Source: Mayamaea pseudoterrestris
Taxonomy: Eukaryota
Length of the DNA: 64,000 nt
Reading direction: 5' to 3'
Assembly: GCA_027923505.1 (NCBI GenBank)
Contig: BROI01000011.1
Coordinates: forward strand, 930,001-994,000
Notes under the pieces: generated by a model
What the model was told of the DNA's origin: nothing
The model's database searches: none
Seen by the model: only the letters and a program-made list of their open reading frames with translations
Program-made: the position numbers and the translations under genes
Part shown: positions 54,736-64,000 of the stretch, one piece after another
Layout of the letters: each line of letters begins with the position of its first letter
Numbering within the stretch: position 1 is the first letter of the stretch

Positions 54736-55357
54736 GCTTGTCATGCTTCATTCACTCGTACGAATGTACGAATACATATATTTTATGCATGAATTACAGT
54801 TAGTTTATCTAGTGCTTATCCATTTATCTGATTAGCATTTCGCCACTGGCGCATAACGGCACACACCTGCGGCTAGCCCGTCCTTGAAGTCGCAAGGTCG
54901 GGCGACTCATTCGTCACTGCATTGAAGCTCGCTGATAAGCTTGTTCCAATTCGTCGTAATCATTCGTGTTCTCTCCTCTTGGAGGCCATGTAGTTGGCTG
55001 TCGGATTAGCGTGTACAGTACTTCTAACTCACAGGTTCCCACGACCAGCATCCGATTCTGGTCGTATACTCCGTCATGAAAAGCATCCGAGTACTGCGAA
55101 GGCAATAGTTAAGTCAATGACAAGATATTCCTACTCTCGCATGCACAATAAAGTCTTTGATCGTGGTTGTGCCAAATGGCTTAAACAATCTGGTCGGGCT
55201 TTGTTATGATTGAACTACATCAAGGTTAAGGTTAATGACCGATCGTCGGCCCAAGAGTCACAACAAACGCAAGAGCATCCAACCAGGCGCGAGTTTACTG
55301 TAGAGGGAAGCAACTGGCTTGCCAAAAAGCACGCTGCCACCATAGCGATCCCCATCG

Positions 55358-56155
55358 ATGCCTCCGCGTTCCTTGATCGATAGCAGCCCCTCTAGTGTGA
55401 TGCGATGGAGTGACGAACAATCGACTACTAGCAGCTCCACTGTTGTGAACAAAAGTAGCAGCAAGAGCAAGAAGCGAGGGAAAGGACCGAAAGGAATCAA
55501 ATTTGTCGAAGAGCGGAACAAGGTCTATCCTATAACTCATCTAGATGACATTCCAGAAGAGGAAGTCAATGCGACTTGGTACGACGGGAATGAGTATGCC
55601 GAGATCAAGCAATCATATCAGTTAACCATATTTATGATGGAAGCTGGCGAGCAACTCAACCTTGAAGAACACACAAGTCGAGGGCTGGAGTACCGAACGC
55701 AGGAAGGCGCCTGGGCTCGGTACGAGAACAAGCGAGACGCTTACAACGCAGTCCTAGACGAGCAAGATCGGCAGTGGCAAGAAGACCAAGATGACGACGA
55801 AAAGATCTCCATTATATACCTCGAGCATTCTTCCAAATGTGCCAAGGCTGCCGCTGACCGAGCCAAGGCCGACGAGGCGGAAGCCTTGATCATTCTCGAA
55901 TCCATCATGCCCAAGAACTTTCGAAAGAACCAACTTAAGAAGAAGGAGAAAGACAAGGTGGAAGTTGTCGACGGCGAAAAGAAAAAAAAGAAGAAGAGCA
56001 CAACCAAGGGAGCTGCCGACATTGCTCAAGCGAGGGAGATGCTTCGAGAGCGATCGACGATTAGACGGAACGAGATCCAAGACGACATACAGCGCCTAGA
56101 GAAGTCCAAGTCTGGATCACCAGCTGTCAATAGAACTGGCCAGGTCTCCGTATAG
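55358..56155 (+). CDS. Tandem paralogue of the same family
   Basis: KGIKFVE, TWY, RGLEYRT, VLDEQDRQ, IYLEHS; poly-Lys tail. Confidence 0.82.
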   Translation: MPPRSLIDSSPSSVMRWSDEQSTTSSSTVVNKSSSKSKKRGKGPKGIKFVEERNKVYPITHLDDIPEEEVNATWYDGNEYAEIKQSYQLTIFMMEAGEQLNLEEHTSRGLEYRTQEGAWARYENKRDAYNAVLDEQDRQWQEDQDDDEKISIIYLEHSSKCAKAAADRAKADEAEALIILESIMPKNFRKNQLKKKEKDKVEVVDGEKKKKKKSTTKGAADIAQAREMLRERSTIRRNEIQDDIQRLEKSKSGSPAVNRTGQVSV

Positions 56156-56397
56156 ACATACATTTACTGTTAAAGTCACCTATATTCGTTGTTCCAAGTC
56201 CCACTTTAGTAGCTAATCGTACGTACTCCCGGTAGAATCGCCCACTTGATATCGCCCCGCTTTTGACGTTTCTCCGAGTCAGTGACATGAACAGTCGCAC
56301 TGGTTGTCAATCTGTGGCGTTCGTCGATTGCATCGCGCATTGCACCCGTCCACCTTTCACATCGACGCAAATTTGCAGCCTATAATTCATACAAAGA

Positions 56398-58695
56398 ATG
56401 TCAAAGAAATCAAGTAGAGGAGGCGGCGATGGTGGAGATGAGACGAAGCGAGAGCAGCCGCTGCAGGCAGTCCTCCTAGCCGACTCTTTCCTCGACACCT
56501 TTCGACCCATTAGCTTGGATCGACCAAAAATGCTTTGTCCTGTCAATAATGTAACCATGCTGGACTATAGTATGGATTTTCTTGCCGGATCTGGTGTGGA
56601 GGAGCTCTTTGTCGTTTGTACCGACGAGCGAGTGGAGCAGTACGTGGAGCAGCACACTTGGGCAGGAACAATGCAGGTGCAGGTTGTCAAGGATGGCTCG
56701 CTTACCAACGCTGGAGATGCTCTTCGAGAGATTGATAAGCGAAACTTGGTGCAGAGCGATCCCTTCATTCTCATGTTTGGAGACGTGATAACAAATGTTG
56801 ATATCAAGTCGGCGCTACGAGCTCATGAGGTTCGGAAGAAGAAGGATAATAGCTCAATCATGACGCTTCTGTTGAAAGAAGTTGGTACTACAGAAATGGA
56901 TGGCTCTAACTTACTCCGATCAAACCTTCGGCCGATCACAAAAGACCTTGTCGTTGGTCTGGATCCGACGCAAGAGAATCGAATTCTTTTGTTTGACGAC
57001 CATTCATCGCTCAAGAATGTTGCGTTACCTTGCTCGTATTTTGGATCGCACCCGCAGATTGACGTTCGCACTGATCTGCTTGATTGCGGAATTGACATTT
57101 GCAGTCCAGAAGTTTTGGCTCGCATGGCGGATGAGTTTGACTATCGGGACATTCGCCGCGAGTTTGTGGCCAACAGTGTTGCCGAGGAGGAGGAAGGCTT
57201 GCAAAACAAGATTTACGCACACATACTTCGACCGACTGAATACGCGGCGCGGATTCATGACTTTTATACATATGCTGCCGTTTCCAAGGATTTGCTGCGG
57301 CGTTGGTGCTACCCAGTCGTTCCGGATAACCTTCCGTCGGGATACGAAAAGCGCTATCGTTACATGCTCCAACGCCATTACATGTATTACGAACGAAGAA
57401 TTGGCAGTTCGCAGATTGATCGAAGCTCCAATGTCAAAGGACCCGGTATGATTGGCAGTTCCTGTCAAATAGGTGAAAAGTGTTGCATCGATTCATCGGT
57501 AATTGGTAACAAGGCACGGATCGAAAATGGCGCCACTGTCATTGGATCCTATCTTTGGGATGGCGTTTGTGTCGGAAAAGGAGCTAAGATAATTCAATCT
57601 ATTTTGGCTGACGACTGTGTGGTGAGCGCCAACGCGGTCATCAATCGAGGCTGCATTATTGGATCAGGTTGCGTTATTGGAGAAGGTGCAGTGATTCCTG
57701 AGTTTACAAGGCTTACTCTCGCAGAAGACAAGGAAGCTGATGACTTTGGAGACGATTGGGGAGACGAGGATGACAGCATTGACGAAAGTGAAGTTGTTGC
57801 TGACAAAATGGCTGAAACGGATAGCATGGAGCCGACCAAACATTTCGTTGGCACAGGCGGCAAGGGTCGTGTTTGGAACCCTGTCACGTACAGCGACGAA
57901 GACCTCGAAGATGATGGCATAAGTGTCAAGACCGCCAGAATGATGGAATGCATTGGTTTTGATGCAAAAACAAAGATGTGTGAGCGTTGGCGCGAAGAAG
58001 AGGACGATAACTTCTCTGACGTCGCCGGTCTCGACATGGAAAATGATCTTTCAGACTACGCCGATGTACCGGTTATGTTCGACTCGGCGACACCACCGAG
58101 CGACGAGTTTGTAATCGTGGGCCGACAGAAAGGTGTCGATGTTGTTAAGGAGCTCAAGCTCATTTGTTTGGAGCATGAACCAGAAAGTGCTATCGAAAAC
58201 TTAGCGATTGAGCTCAACTCATTCAAGTTTAGTCAGAATGCGACCTACTCGGATTGTACCGCCGCAGCCACACTTGCTATTCTCGAAATGATGCAGATTC
58301 GGAAAGGCGTGACCGACGGGAAGCTCGTCGCAGACTTCAAGTTATACTTGGAAAAATGGGCACCATTGCTGCGAAAGATGAGCATCGGTCCAAGCGAGGA
58401 AAAAGCGATTGTTTGCGCTCTCGAGCAATGTGCGACCGACGAAGGAGAAATGGGTCAAGTATTGAGCACGGGCATGTCGTTTCGATTCTTGCTGCAGACG
58501 TTGCATGATGAGGAGATTGTCAGCGAGGACGCCATTTTGATGTGGGCTGCGGACCATCGCGAAAACGAGAATAAGGGCAGCGCTGCGGCGGGTCTTTTTG
58601 CTGCCAAGCCTGTGCAAGACTTTTTACAGTGGCTGGAAGAGGAAGAGAGCGAGGACGGCAGCGACGATGACGAAGACGAAAGCGAGGAGGATTAA
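56398..58695 (+). CDS. GCD6: Translation initiation factor eIF2B epsilon subunit
   Basis: LQAVLLADSF..FRPISLDRPK nucleotidyltransferase-like domain, hexapeptide beta-helix repeats, W2 domain (FLQWLEEEESE). Confidence 0.95.
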   Translation: MSKKSSRGGGDGGDETKREQPLQAVLLADSFLDTFRPISLDRPKMLCPVNNVTMLDYSMDFLAGSGVEELFVVCTDERVEQYVEQHTWAGTMQVQVVKDGSLTNAGDALREIDKRNLVQSDPFILMFGDVITNVDIKSALRAHEVRKKKDNSSIMTLLLKEVGTTEMDGSNLLRSNLRPITKDLVVGLDPTQENRILLFDDHSSLKNVALPCSYFGSHPQIDVRTDLLDCGIDICSPEVLARMADEFDYRDIRREFVANSVAEEEEGLQNKIYAHILRPTEYAARIHDFYTYAAVSKDLLRRWCYPVVPDNLPSGYEKRYRYMLQRHYMYYERRIGSSQIDRSSNVKGPGMIGSSCQIGEKCCIDSSVIGNKARIENGATVIGSYLWDGVCVGKGAKIIQSILADDCVVSANAVINRGCIIGSGCVIGEGAVIPEFTRLTLAEDKEADDFGDDWGDEDDSIDESEVVADKMAETDSMEPTKHFVGTGGKGRVWNPVTYSDEDLEDDGISVKTARMMECIGFDAKTKMCERWREEEDDNFSDVAGLDMENDLSDYADVPVMFDSATPPSDEFVIVGRQKGVDVVKELKLICLEHEPESAIENLAIELNSFKFSQNATYSDCTAAATLAILEMMQIRKGVTDGKLVADFKLYLEKWAPLLRKMSIGPSEEKAIVCALEQCATDEGEMGQVLSTGMSFRFLLQTLHDEEIVSEDAILMWAADHRENENKGSAAAGLFAAKPVQDFLQWLEEEESEDGSDDDEDESEED

Positions 58696-59319
58696 CAAGG
58701 CCGCAGAGGTTGTCATGAACCCGCGGATAGTAGCAAACATTTACGATTATCGGATTTAGACTTACATCATGTAAAGTCGTATGAGGGTTGCGTCGTGTTG
58801 CACGCTGTGGCTCATCATCGGATAAGTTATTCAAAACTCAAAAATAAAACTGCATTTGCTAAATGGACCATCACATCCTTACAGCAGTACCTTTTAGGCA
58901 TGCTGACTATTACTGCGGGTACCTTAATATGCGATTGGTTGGAGGCGACTTTGGTTTTGGTGAGGGTTGCGACGTGAAACGGCGGTAATTGTAAACTCAC
59001 TGTCAAGAGGCAGCAGGCCCCTGACAACCCACACCAGCCTTGCCAGAGCAGGTGGAACGCACCCAACAGATGCGTGGCTGACAGCTTTATGCCAGTTTCT
59101 GATATCCTGGGCGACCCGTCAGGTGGCGAGGACTTAACTACATTGGTAAGTAGCCGCATAACTACTCGTAGGTACCAGTTACGTAGGGTAGCTGGCGGAG
59201 ATAAAACCGCTGAGACGGATTCGTTTTTCCATCAGCGAGAAACACGACAATTGCATGACAACTTCCTCAGAGGAATAAGAGTCAGCTCATCTCCCCAGTC
59301 TGTCGGCCTACGTACAACC

Positions 59320-60660
59320 ATGACTTTTACAAAAGTCGATAAGGAAGCTTTTGTTACTGGGCATAAAGGTAGTACTCCATGGGAGATTCTCTTGATCATT
59401 TCGACAACTCCCATCGGCTTGCTCTTCTTTCAAGCTGTGACAAACGAGTATAATGATTTCATACGTCGAGACTGGCAGCTCATTGTTTGGGAAGCAGTCT
59501 CGTTTGAAATTCCAATGATCCTGTGTCAAAGCAACCTGCTGTATCCATATGGAGTGTCCTACTTGCTGGTGCAGCTAGTTATTGGCTTTCGAGGCAGGCT
59601 TCTTTCTCACGGTTCCAAATGCTCGCGACACGTATCCACACACCCTCAGCAAAATGTCAACAAGGCAACATTGACAATATATCGAGCTTCAGTAATGTTT
59701 CTGACGTTCATAGCGATTCTCGCGGTCGACTTTCACGTCTTTCCTCGTCGCTTTGTCAAAACGGAAACACAAGGTTATAGCCTCATGGATGTTGGAGCGG
59801 CATCCTTTGTGTTTGCCGCTGGATTGGTTAGTGCTAGAAGCCGCGGTCGCACTCAAAGTAAACGCAAAACTATGAGCCGCATGGTGCCTCTCTTAATCAT
59901 GGGACTGGTTCGCCTACTGACTCACAAGGGGCTCGACTATCAAGAACACGTGTCGGAATACGGCGTGCACTGGAACTTTTTCTTTACTCTAGCCATGCTT
60001 TCGCCAACGTCCTGCTTGTTTCCCGGTCCAAGTTTGGTGGTTCCTGTTGCTCTGTTGACCTTTTATCAAGCATCTCTTTCGTTTGGAATGCAAGAATGGG
60101 TCCTTGAAGCTCCGAGAACATGCCAAACAGCCAATCGCTTATGTTCCTTGTTTGTTGCCAACCGGGAGGGGATTTTGGGATGTATTGGCTATGGGGCTCT
60201 ATACTTGGTAAGCGAATGGATTGGAAACGCGTTTGTTTGGCGAACAGAAAAACCAAAGAACCGAATGCTGCTAGTGGCAGTTCTTGGAGCATGTTGGTTC
60301 GTACTCACTGCTGTGCTACAAATTCCGGTTTCTCGTCGAACCACAAATGCACCCTTTGTCATTTGGATTTTGCTAATCAACATACTACAGCTTTTCGCCA
60401 TTGAGTGGGCAGCCGGAAGCGAATGCCGCGTTCCACTACTCTTCGAGGCTGTGAATGACAATGGCCTCGTCATGTTTGTCGTGGCGAACCTTTTGACTGG
60501 TCTGATAAATCTATCCATCGACACGCTAAGTGTTGCGAATGAATGGGCGCTGAGTATTCTAATTCTCTACATTCATGTTGTTGGAGGAATGGCCTATGGT
60601 TTAAAAGTTGTTTCGCGAGCCATACAAACGTCTCAATTGAGCAATGAGAAGGACGCTTGA
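59320..60660 (+). CDS. GWT1: GPI inositol acyltransferase PIG-W/Gwt1
   Basis: KEAFVTG, AILAVDFHVFPRRFVKTETQGYSLMDVG, YQEHVSEYGVHWNFFFTL, ANREG, VSRR. Confidence 0.93.
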   Translation: MTFTKVDKEAFVTGHKGSTPWEILLIISTTPIGLLFFQAVTNEYNDFIRRDWQLIVWEAVSFEIPMILCQSNLLYPYGVSYLLVQLVIGFRGRLLSHGSKCSRHVSTHPQQNVNKATLTIYRASVMFLTFIAILAVDFHVFPRRFVKTETQGYSLMDVGAASFVFAAGLVSARSRGRTQSKRKTMSRMVPLLIMGLVRLLTHKGLDYQEHVSEYGVHWNFFFTLAMLSPTSCLFPGPSLVVPVALLTFYQASLSFGMQEWVLEAPRTCQTANRLCSLFVANREGILGCIGYGALYLVSEWIGNAFVWRTEKPKNRMLLVAVLGACWFVLTAVLQIPVSRRTTNAPFVIWILLINILQLFAIEWAAGSECRVPLLFEAVNDNGLVMFVVANLLTGLINLSIDTLSVANEWALSILILYIHVVGGMAYGLKVVSRAIQTSQLSNEKDA

Positions 60661-60673
60661 CGCATACATGACA

Positions 60674-62093
60674 TTAAATAGGCAACGGCTCCTCCGAATC
60701 TCCAATTCTCTTCAAGTGGACAAAGGCATCGGTACCATAACCCTCCATGCTTACCAAGTCAAGATCTCCGCCAAAGTAACGGCAATAGCTTCTCGAGATT
60801 GGCAAGCCGTAACCGAGTCCTGCGATGGGATTTACATTGCTATGATCACCACCTTCGGCGATCATTCCCTTTTGAACAGAAGGACACGCTGTGGTAAAGA
60901 GATAGCTCCAAATCTTGTCGACTTGACTGCGTCGAATGCCACCTCCTTCGTCGGCGATTTTTATAACAACATCTTCGTTCGAAATTCCGTCGGCAATGAT
61001 TACATTGACAGAAGGCAATTGAACAGAGTTTGCATGCGTCTCGGCAGTGGCTCGGAGTGCATTCTAAAAGGGCATGGGTGCTGGTAGTTAGAAAGAGTCC
61101 GGATAATACGAACATGCATTAAGCCGATGCATCACGTACCTTCAACAGCTCCAACAAAATGTAATGGAGGTAGGTTGGTATGTAAGCAAATGTAAGATCC
61201 AGCCTTCCACTAATTTCAACCATTGGTGCTCGCCCATATTGTCGTCGGCACATTTTCTTGGCATTCTCCGACGCTTGGCGCACAATGTCGTACGGCGACG
61301 TGTTTCGACATATCATGCCAACGTAGTCGTCTCCAAAATCATCCCTCAGCGCCAGATACTGTCCTGCCAAAACGCGAATACCGATACGCGATGTGTAGAA
61401 GCGATCAAGCAAGTCTTGGCATTCGTTCATAGGAGTCGATGCGTGGCTGTGGTGGTCGTCATCGTCGTCATGCTCGTCATGACATGCTTGAATGATGTCA
61501 CCTTTCCGAACGGCCTCCCGAAACTCATATGCTCCTTTTGCCATTTGTACAAGTACCGACGAATGCTTCATGTAAAGCTGCTCCAGCTTGTGAGCGAACT
61601 CCTCCTCATCAACAGTTGTCATTATGGGTTCAATTTGAAGCAATTCCTCAAATGAATCAACGTAAATCTGCTTGACGGCCTTGACACTCTCCATATCCTT
61701 CATGTACGGCACTTGATCCAAATCCTGTATTCTATGGGCAAGTCGAATTGGAATTTCCTTTCGTAAGAATGAAGCCATTTGATTTAAAACGCGCTGCTTT
61801 GCTAATTGGCACCCCATGCGGCCGAGCGACGCCTCATTTCTGTAGGCTTTTCCCATTTTCAAAAGCATTTGCAAAGAAGCTGACGTTTGCGGAAGCTTGG
61901 CGTACTCTTTGACCAAATAATCCTTGTCATGCGATTCGGCAAAATAGTCGATTGTATTGGCCGACGATGAAAGTAGACCAGTAAACATAGATCTTGTCGT
62001 TGTCAGTGTGACATCAACTTCGCCAGCAGGTGACTGTGTACTCTGGCAGCAGCGCATATTGCGGACAAATAAACTTCTCGAATGCATAGCCAT
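60674..62093 (-). CDS. PDK: Mitochondrial pyruvate dehydrogenase kinase (PDK/BCKDK family), 2 exons (62093-61140, 61063-60674)
   Basis: EIPIRLAHRI, FYTSRIGIR, spliced ELLK|NALRAT, DEGGGI, YLFTTA, AGLGYGLPISR; 76-nt intron. Confidence 0.93.
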
Positions 62094-62437
62094 TCAATAC
62101 TAAGGAAAATAATCAGGCTCGAGCTTCGCCTATTGGCATGAACGTCTGGATGGCTTTGGTGGTTGATGTTGCAAGTGTCGGCTTCGCGTCGTCAACTCCT
62201 TCCAACTGAAACGTCACTTCGGAACTTTATATATAATACAGAAACCGTCATCTCCGAACTAAGACATCATCATGACACCTTGACACACGACCAACCAAAG
62301 CTTGGAAGTTCGACGACCATGATTTTGCGTTGATGGCTTGCCCACTCTTTTGGTTGATGTTGGCCTCCATCGAACGCGAATCTATTGACAGCACCTCCTT
62401 CATTGCAGCGTCAAAATAAATAATAATTTTCAAAATA

Positions 62438-62953
62438 ATGAACAACGCAGTCATTCCCTTTCGCGAGCAATCGGCAGCCGTCGACAAGGCTGCCGAGCGC
62501 AGCGTGGAACTCATTCGCAAGTTTGCCAACATGGATCCACGCGACTGCTCCAATAACGCCTGGAAGGATCCGGAACAAATACTGCAGCAGCTGGATGAGG
62601 CACGGACGCAGCTGGCGGATGCCTGGGATGCTCTTCAAAAAGCGATTGATGCACATCAAGCTGCAGCCACGCAAACGAACAAGCCACGTGTTTCAGAAGA
62701 TGATTTGCGGGCGTCGTATATTGACATGATTACCGACTCGTTTGCTGATGTATTGGAGGAGATGCGACACAATGAGACTGACATGGATATAGAGATCTTG
62801 GCCGATTGCTTGCAATCTGGTCTTGAGCTCATGACGCAAGAAGACAAGGATTTGTTTTTAGAATGCATTGGCCGCGACGAGAATGACAATGACATGCTTA
62901 CGCCGCATGAGCGGCGTCGACGACAATTAGGATATAATGTTGAATTGGAATGA
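62438..62953 (+). CDS. Uncharacterised acidic helical protein
   Basis: 171-aa ATG-initiated ORF divergent from PDK, with coiled-coil-like composition. Confidence 0.7.
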   Translation: MNNAVIPFREQSAAVDKAAERSVELIRKFANMDPRDCSNNAWKDPEQILQQLDEARTQLADAWDALQKAIDAHQAAATQTNKPRVSEDDLRASYIDMITDSFADVLEEMRHNETDMDIEILADCLQSGLELMTQEDKDLFLECIGRDENDNDMLTPHERRRRQLGYNVELE

Positions 62954-63268
62954 AAGTTGTAAATCAAAGTCAAGATGCACGCCTTGAAAGGGACATCTCG
63001 GAATGGACAAGTATGAGGAAGAATTATGAAGCGAGATTGGTTCCCATGTCGTGGAGGCAGTGAATGCGCTCGTGCACCAAAAATATGTATACAATATTTA
63101 TTAGAACAATGTTATCTTATCAGCAGCCAAGCGCGATATCAGTGACTCAGTACTGCTCGTTGAAAAAAGAGAGCCATGTGCCATGATCTGACGTAGCGCT
63201 TCCACTCGCAAAGTAGGCGCATGGTACACAAAGCCTATCGGAAACGCACAAGCTGTCTCATGATGTAC

Positions 63269-63868
63269 TTATGTAACTGTATGCTGCCTTTTGTAATCAT
63301 CAATTTGATTCTGCAACAGCGAAATGGCAAGCTGTGCCTTGTCGTCCGTCAAACCTCTGTGACTTTCCGTCCTGACAAAATGTCTGTCAAAGCTATGAAG
63401 AGTTCCTCCCAAAAGCAAATCCTCGTCATCCAGTGCCACCCACGCCAAGGGAGGTTTGCGCTGCTTCTGCAGCCAATCGTCAATCTCATAATGTCGCTCC
63501 GAATGCATGGATGGGTCCGTAATGTCGAAAAAGGAAAACTCGGTCAAGGGACCACCATATTCGTATGCATATTGATGGAACTGATCGAGTATATCTTGAA
63601 TAAATTTTGGTTGTACCCTCCACGTTGAGCTCAAGACTACCTTTGTTTTGCCATGATGTGCCTGTAGAATGGTGGAAAAGGCCTGCAGTTGATCGTCTGG
63701 AAAACGATCCTTTCCAAAGGGCAGTAAGACGCCATCAATGTCCAGGAAAATGATGACTGATTCTGAAATATCTTGCGGCTCGCTCAAGGGAAGGCTTGCC
63801 ATGAGTGCATGGTCGTAGCAAAGGACAATCGAAGGTCCGTGCGCCGATGACGAAGCAGTGAAGGTCAT
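63269..63868 (-). CDS. HAD-superfamily protein (Swiss-Army-Knife RNA-repair-like HAD domain)
   Basis: IIFLDIDGVL, VVLSSTWR, R..EI..WL, WVALDD, GLT motifs; start at 63868 or 63802. Confidence 0.8.
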   Translation of the reverse strand: MTFTASSSAHGPSIVLCYDHALMASLPLSEPQDISESVIIFLDIDGVLLPFGKDRFPDDQLQAFSTILQAHHGKTKVVLSSTWRVQPKFIQDILDQFHQYAYEYGGPLTEFSFFDITDPSMHSERHYEIDDWLQKQRKPPLAWVALDDEDLLLGGTLHSFDRHFVRTESHRGLTDDKAQLAISLLQNQIDDYKRQHTVT

Positions 63869-64000
63869 GGTGAAACGAGGGCGCCTTCGATCGGTAGGTG
63901 ACGTCACAAGGAATCGCAACGGTTATGACAAGGCGACGTCAACGCGAGCGCGAAGCAGTGCAAAAGTCATCATCACGCTTTGCACGACCAAACTCCGTCT

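Noticed and set aside
59141..59157. TACTTACC on the minus strand resembling the U1 snRNA 5' end
   Set aside because: Not followed by TG, and no U1 loop I/II or Sm site; equally explained as a plus-strand GTAAGT donor-like site.
58827..59159. 110-aa minus-strand ORF and the 59074-59319 N-terminal extension of PIG-W
   Set aside because: No motif support; PIG-W similarity starts at MTFTKVDKEAFV (59320).
9966..60660. Apparent secretory/glycosylation cluster (GT2-like, O-FucT, SLC35B1, Sec7, PIG-W)
   Set aside because: The genes are dispersed among unrelated housekeeping genes; no evidence beyond chance.
1..64000. Transposons, CRISPR arrays, rRNA, telomeric repeats, viral inserts
   Set aside because: No RT/integrase/transposase motifs, LTRs/TIRs, spaced repeats or TTAGGG arrays seen by eye; small degenerate elements could be missed.

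Overview
Compact eukaryotic nuclear DNA, most consistent with a diatom. Supporting signs are short GT-AG introns (65-151 nt, often with CTAAC/CTGAC-like branch points), an ASAFAP-type bipartite plastid presequence, diatom-like low-complexity families and a tRNA with no encoded CCA. I can support about 32 protein genes, mostly in alternating orientation, plus one tRNA-Phe. Recognisable genes: Rrp46, TruA, Trf4-type poly(A) polymerase, CAMK kinase, two A1 aspartic proteases, O-fucosyltransferase, OTU deubiquitinase, a six-bromodomain protein, SLC35B1-type transporter, Mdm35, Tic22-like, BIG/Sec7 ARF-GEF, UbiE/MenG, Prp28, eIF2B-epsilon, PIG-W/Gwt1, PDK and a HAD protein. No transposon, CRISPR array or rRNA was seen. 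Best leads: (1) a tail-to-tail pair of plasmepsin V/ASP5-like proteases, candidates for the diatom RxL-processing enzyme; (2) two paralogues of an uncharacterised zinc-knuckle family ending in LGIAC; (3) a tandem pair of putative RVxF PP1 regulators; (4) a hexa-bromodomain protein; (5) a gene broken by two single-base deletions; (6) a possible structured RNA between eIF2B-epsilon and PIG-W. All family calls come from motif recognition by eye, not from database searches.
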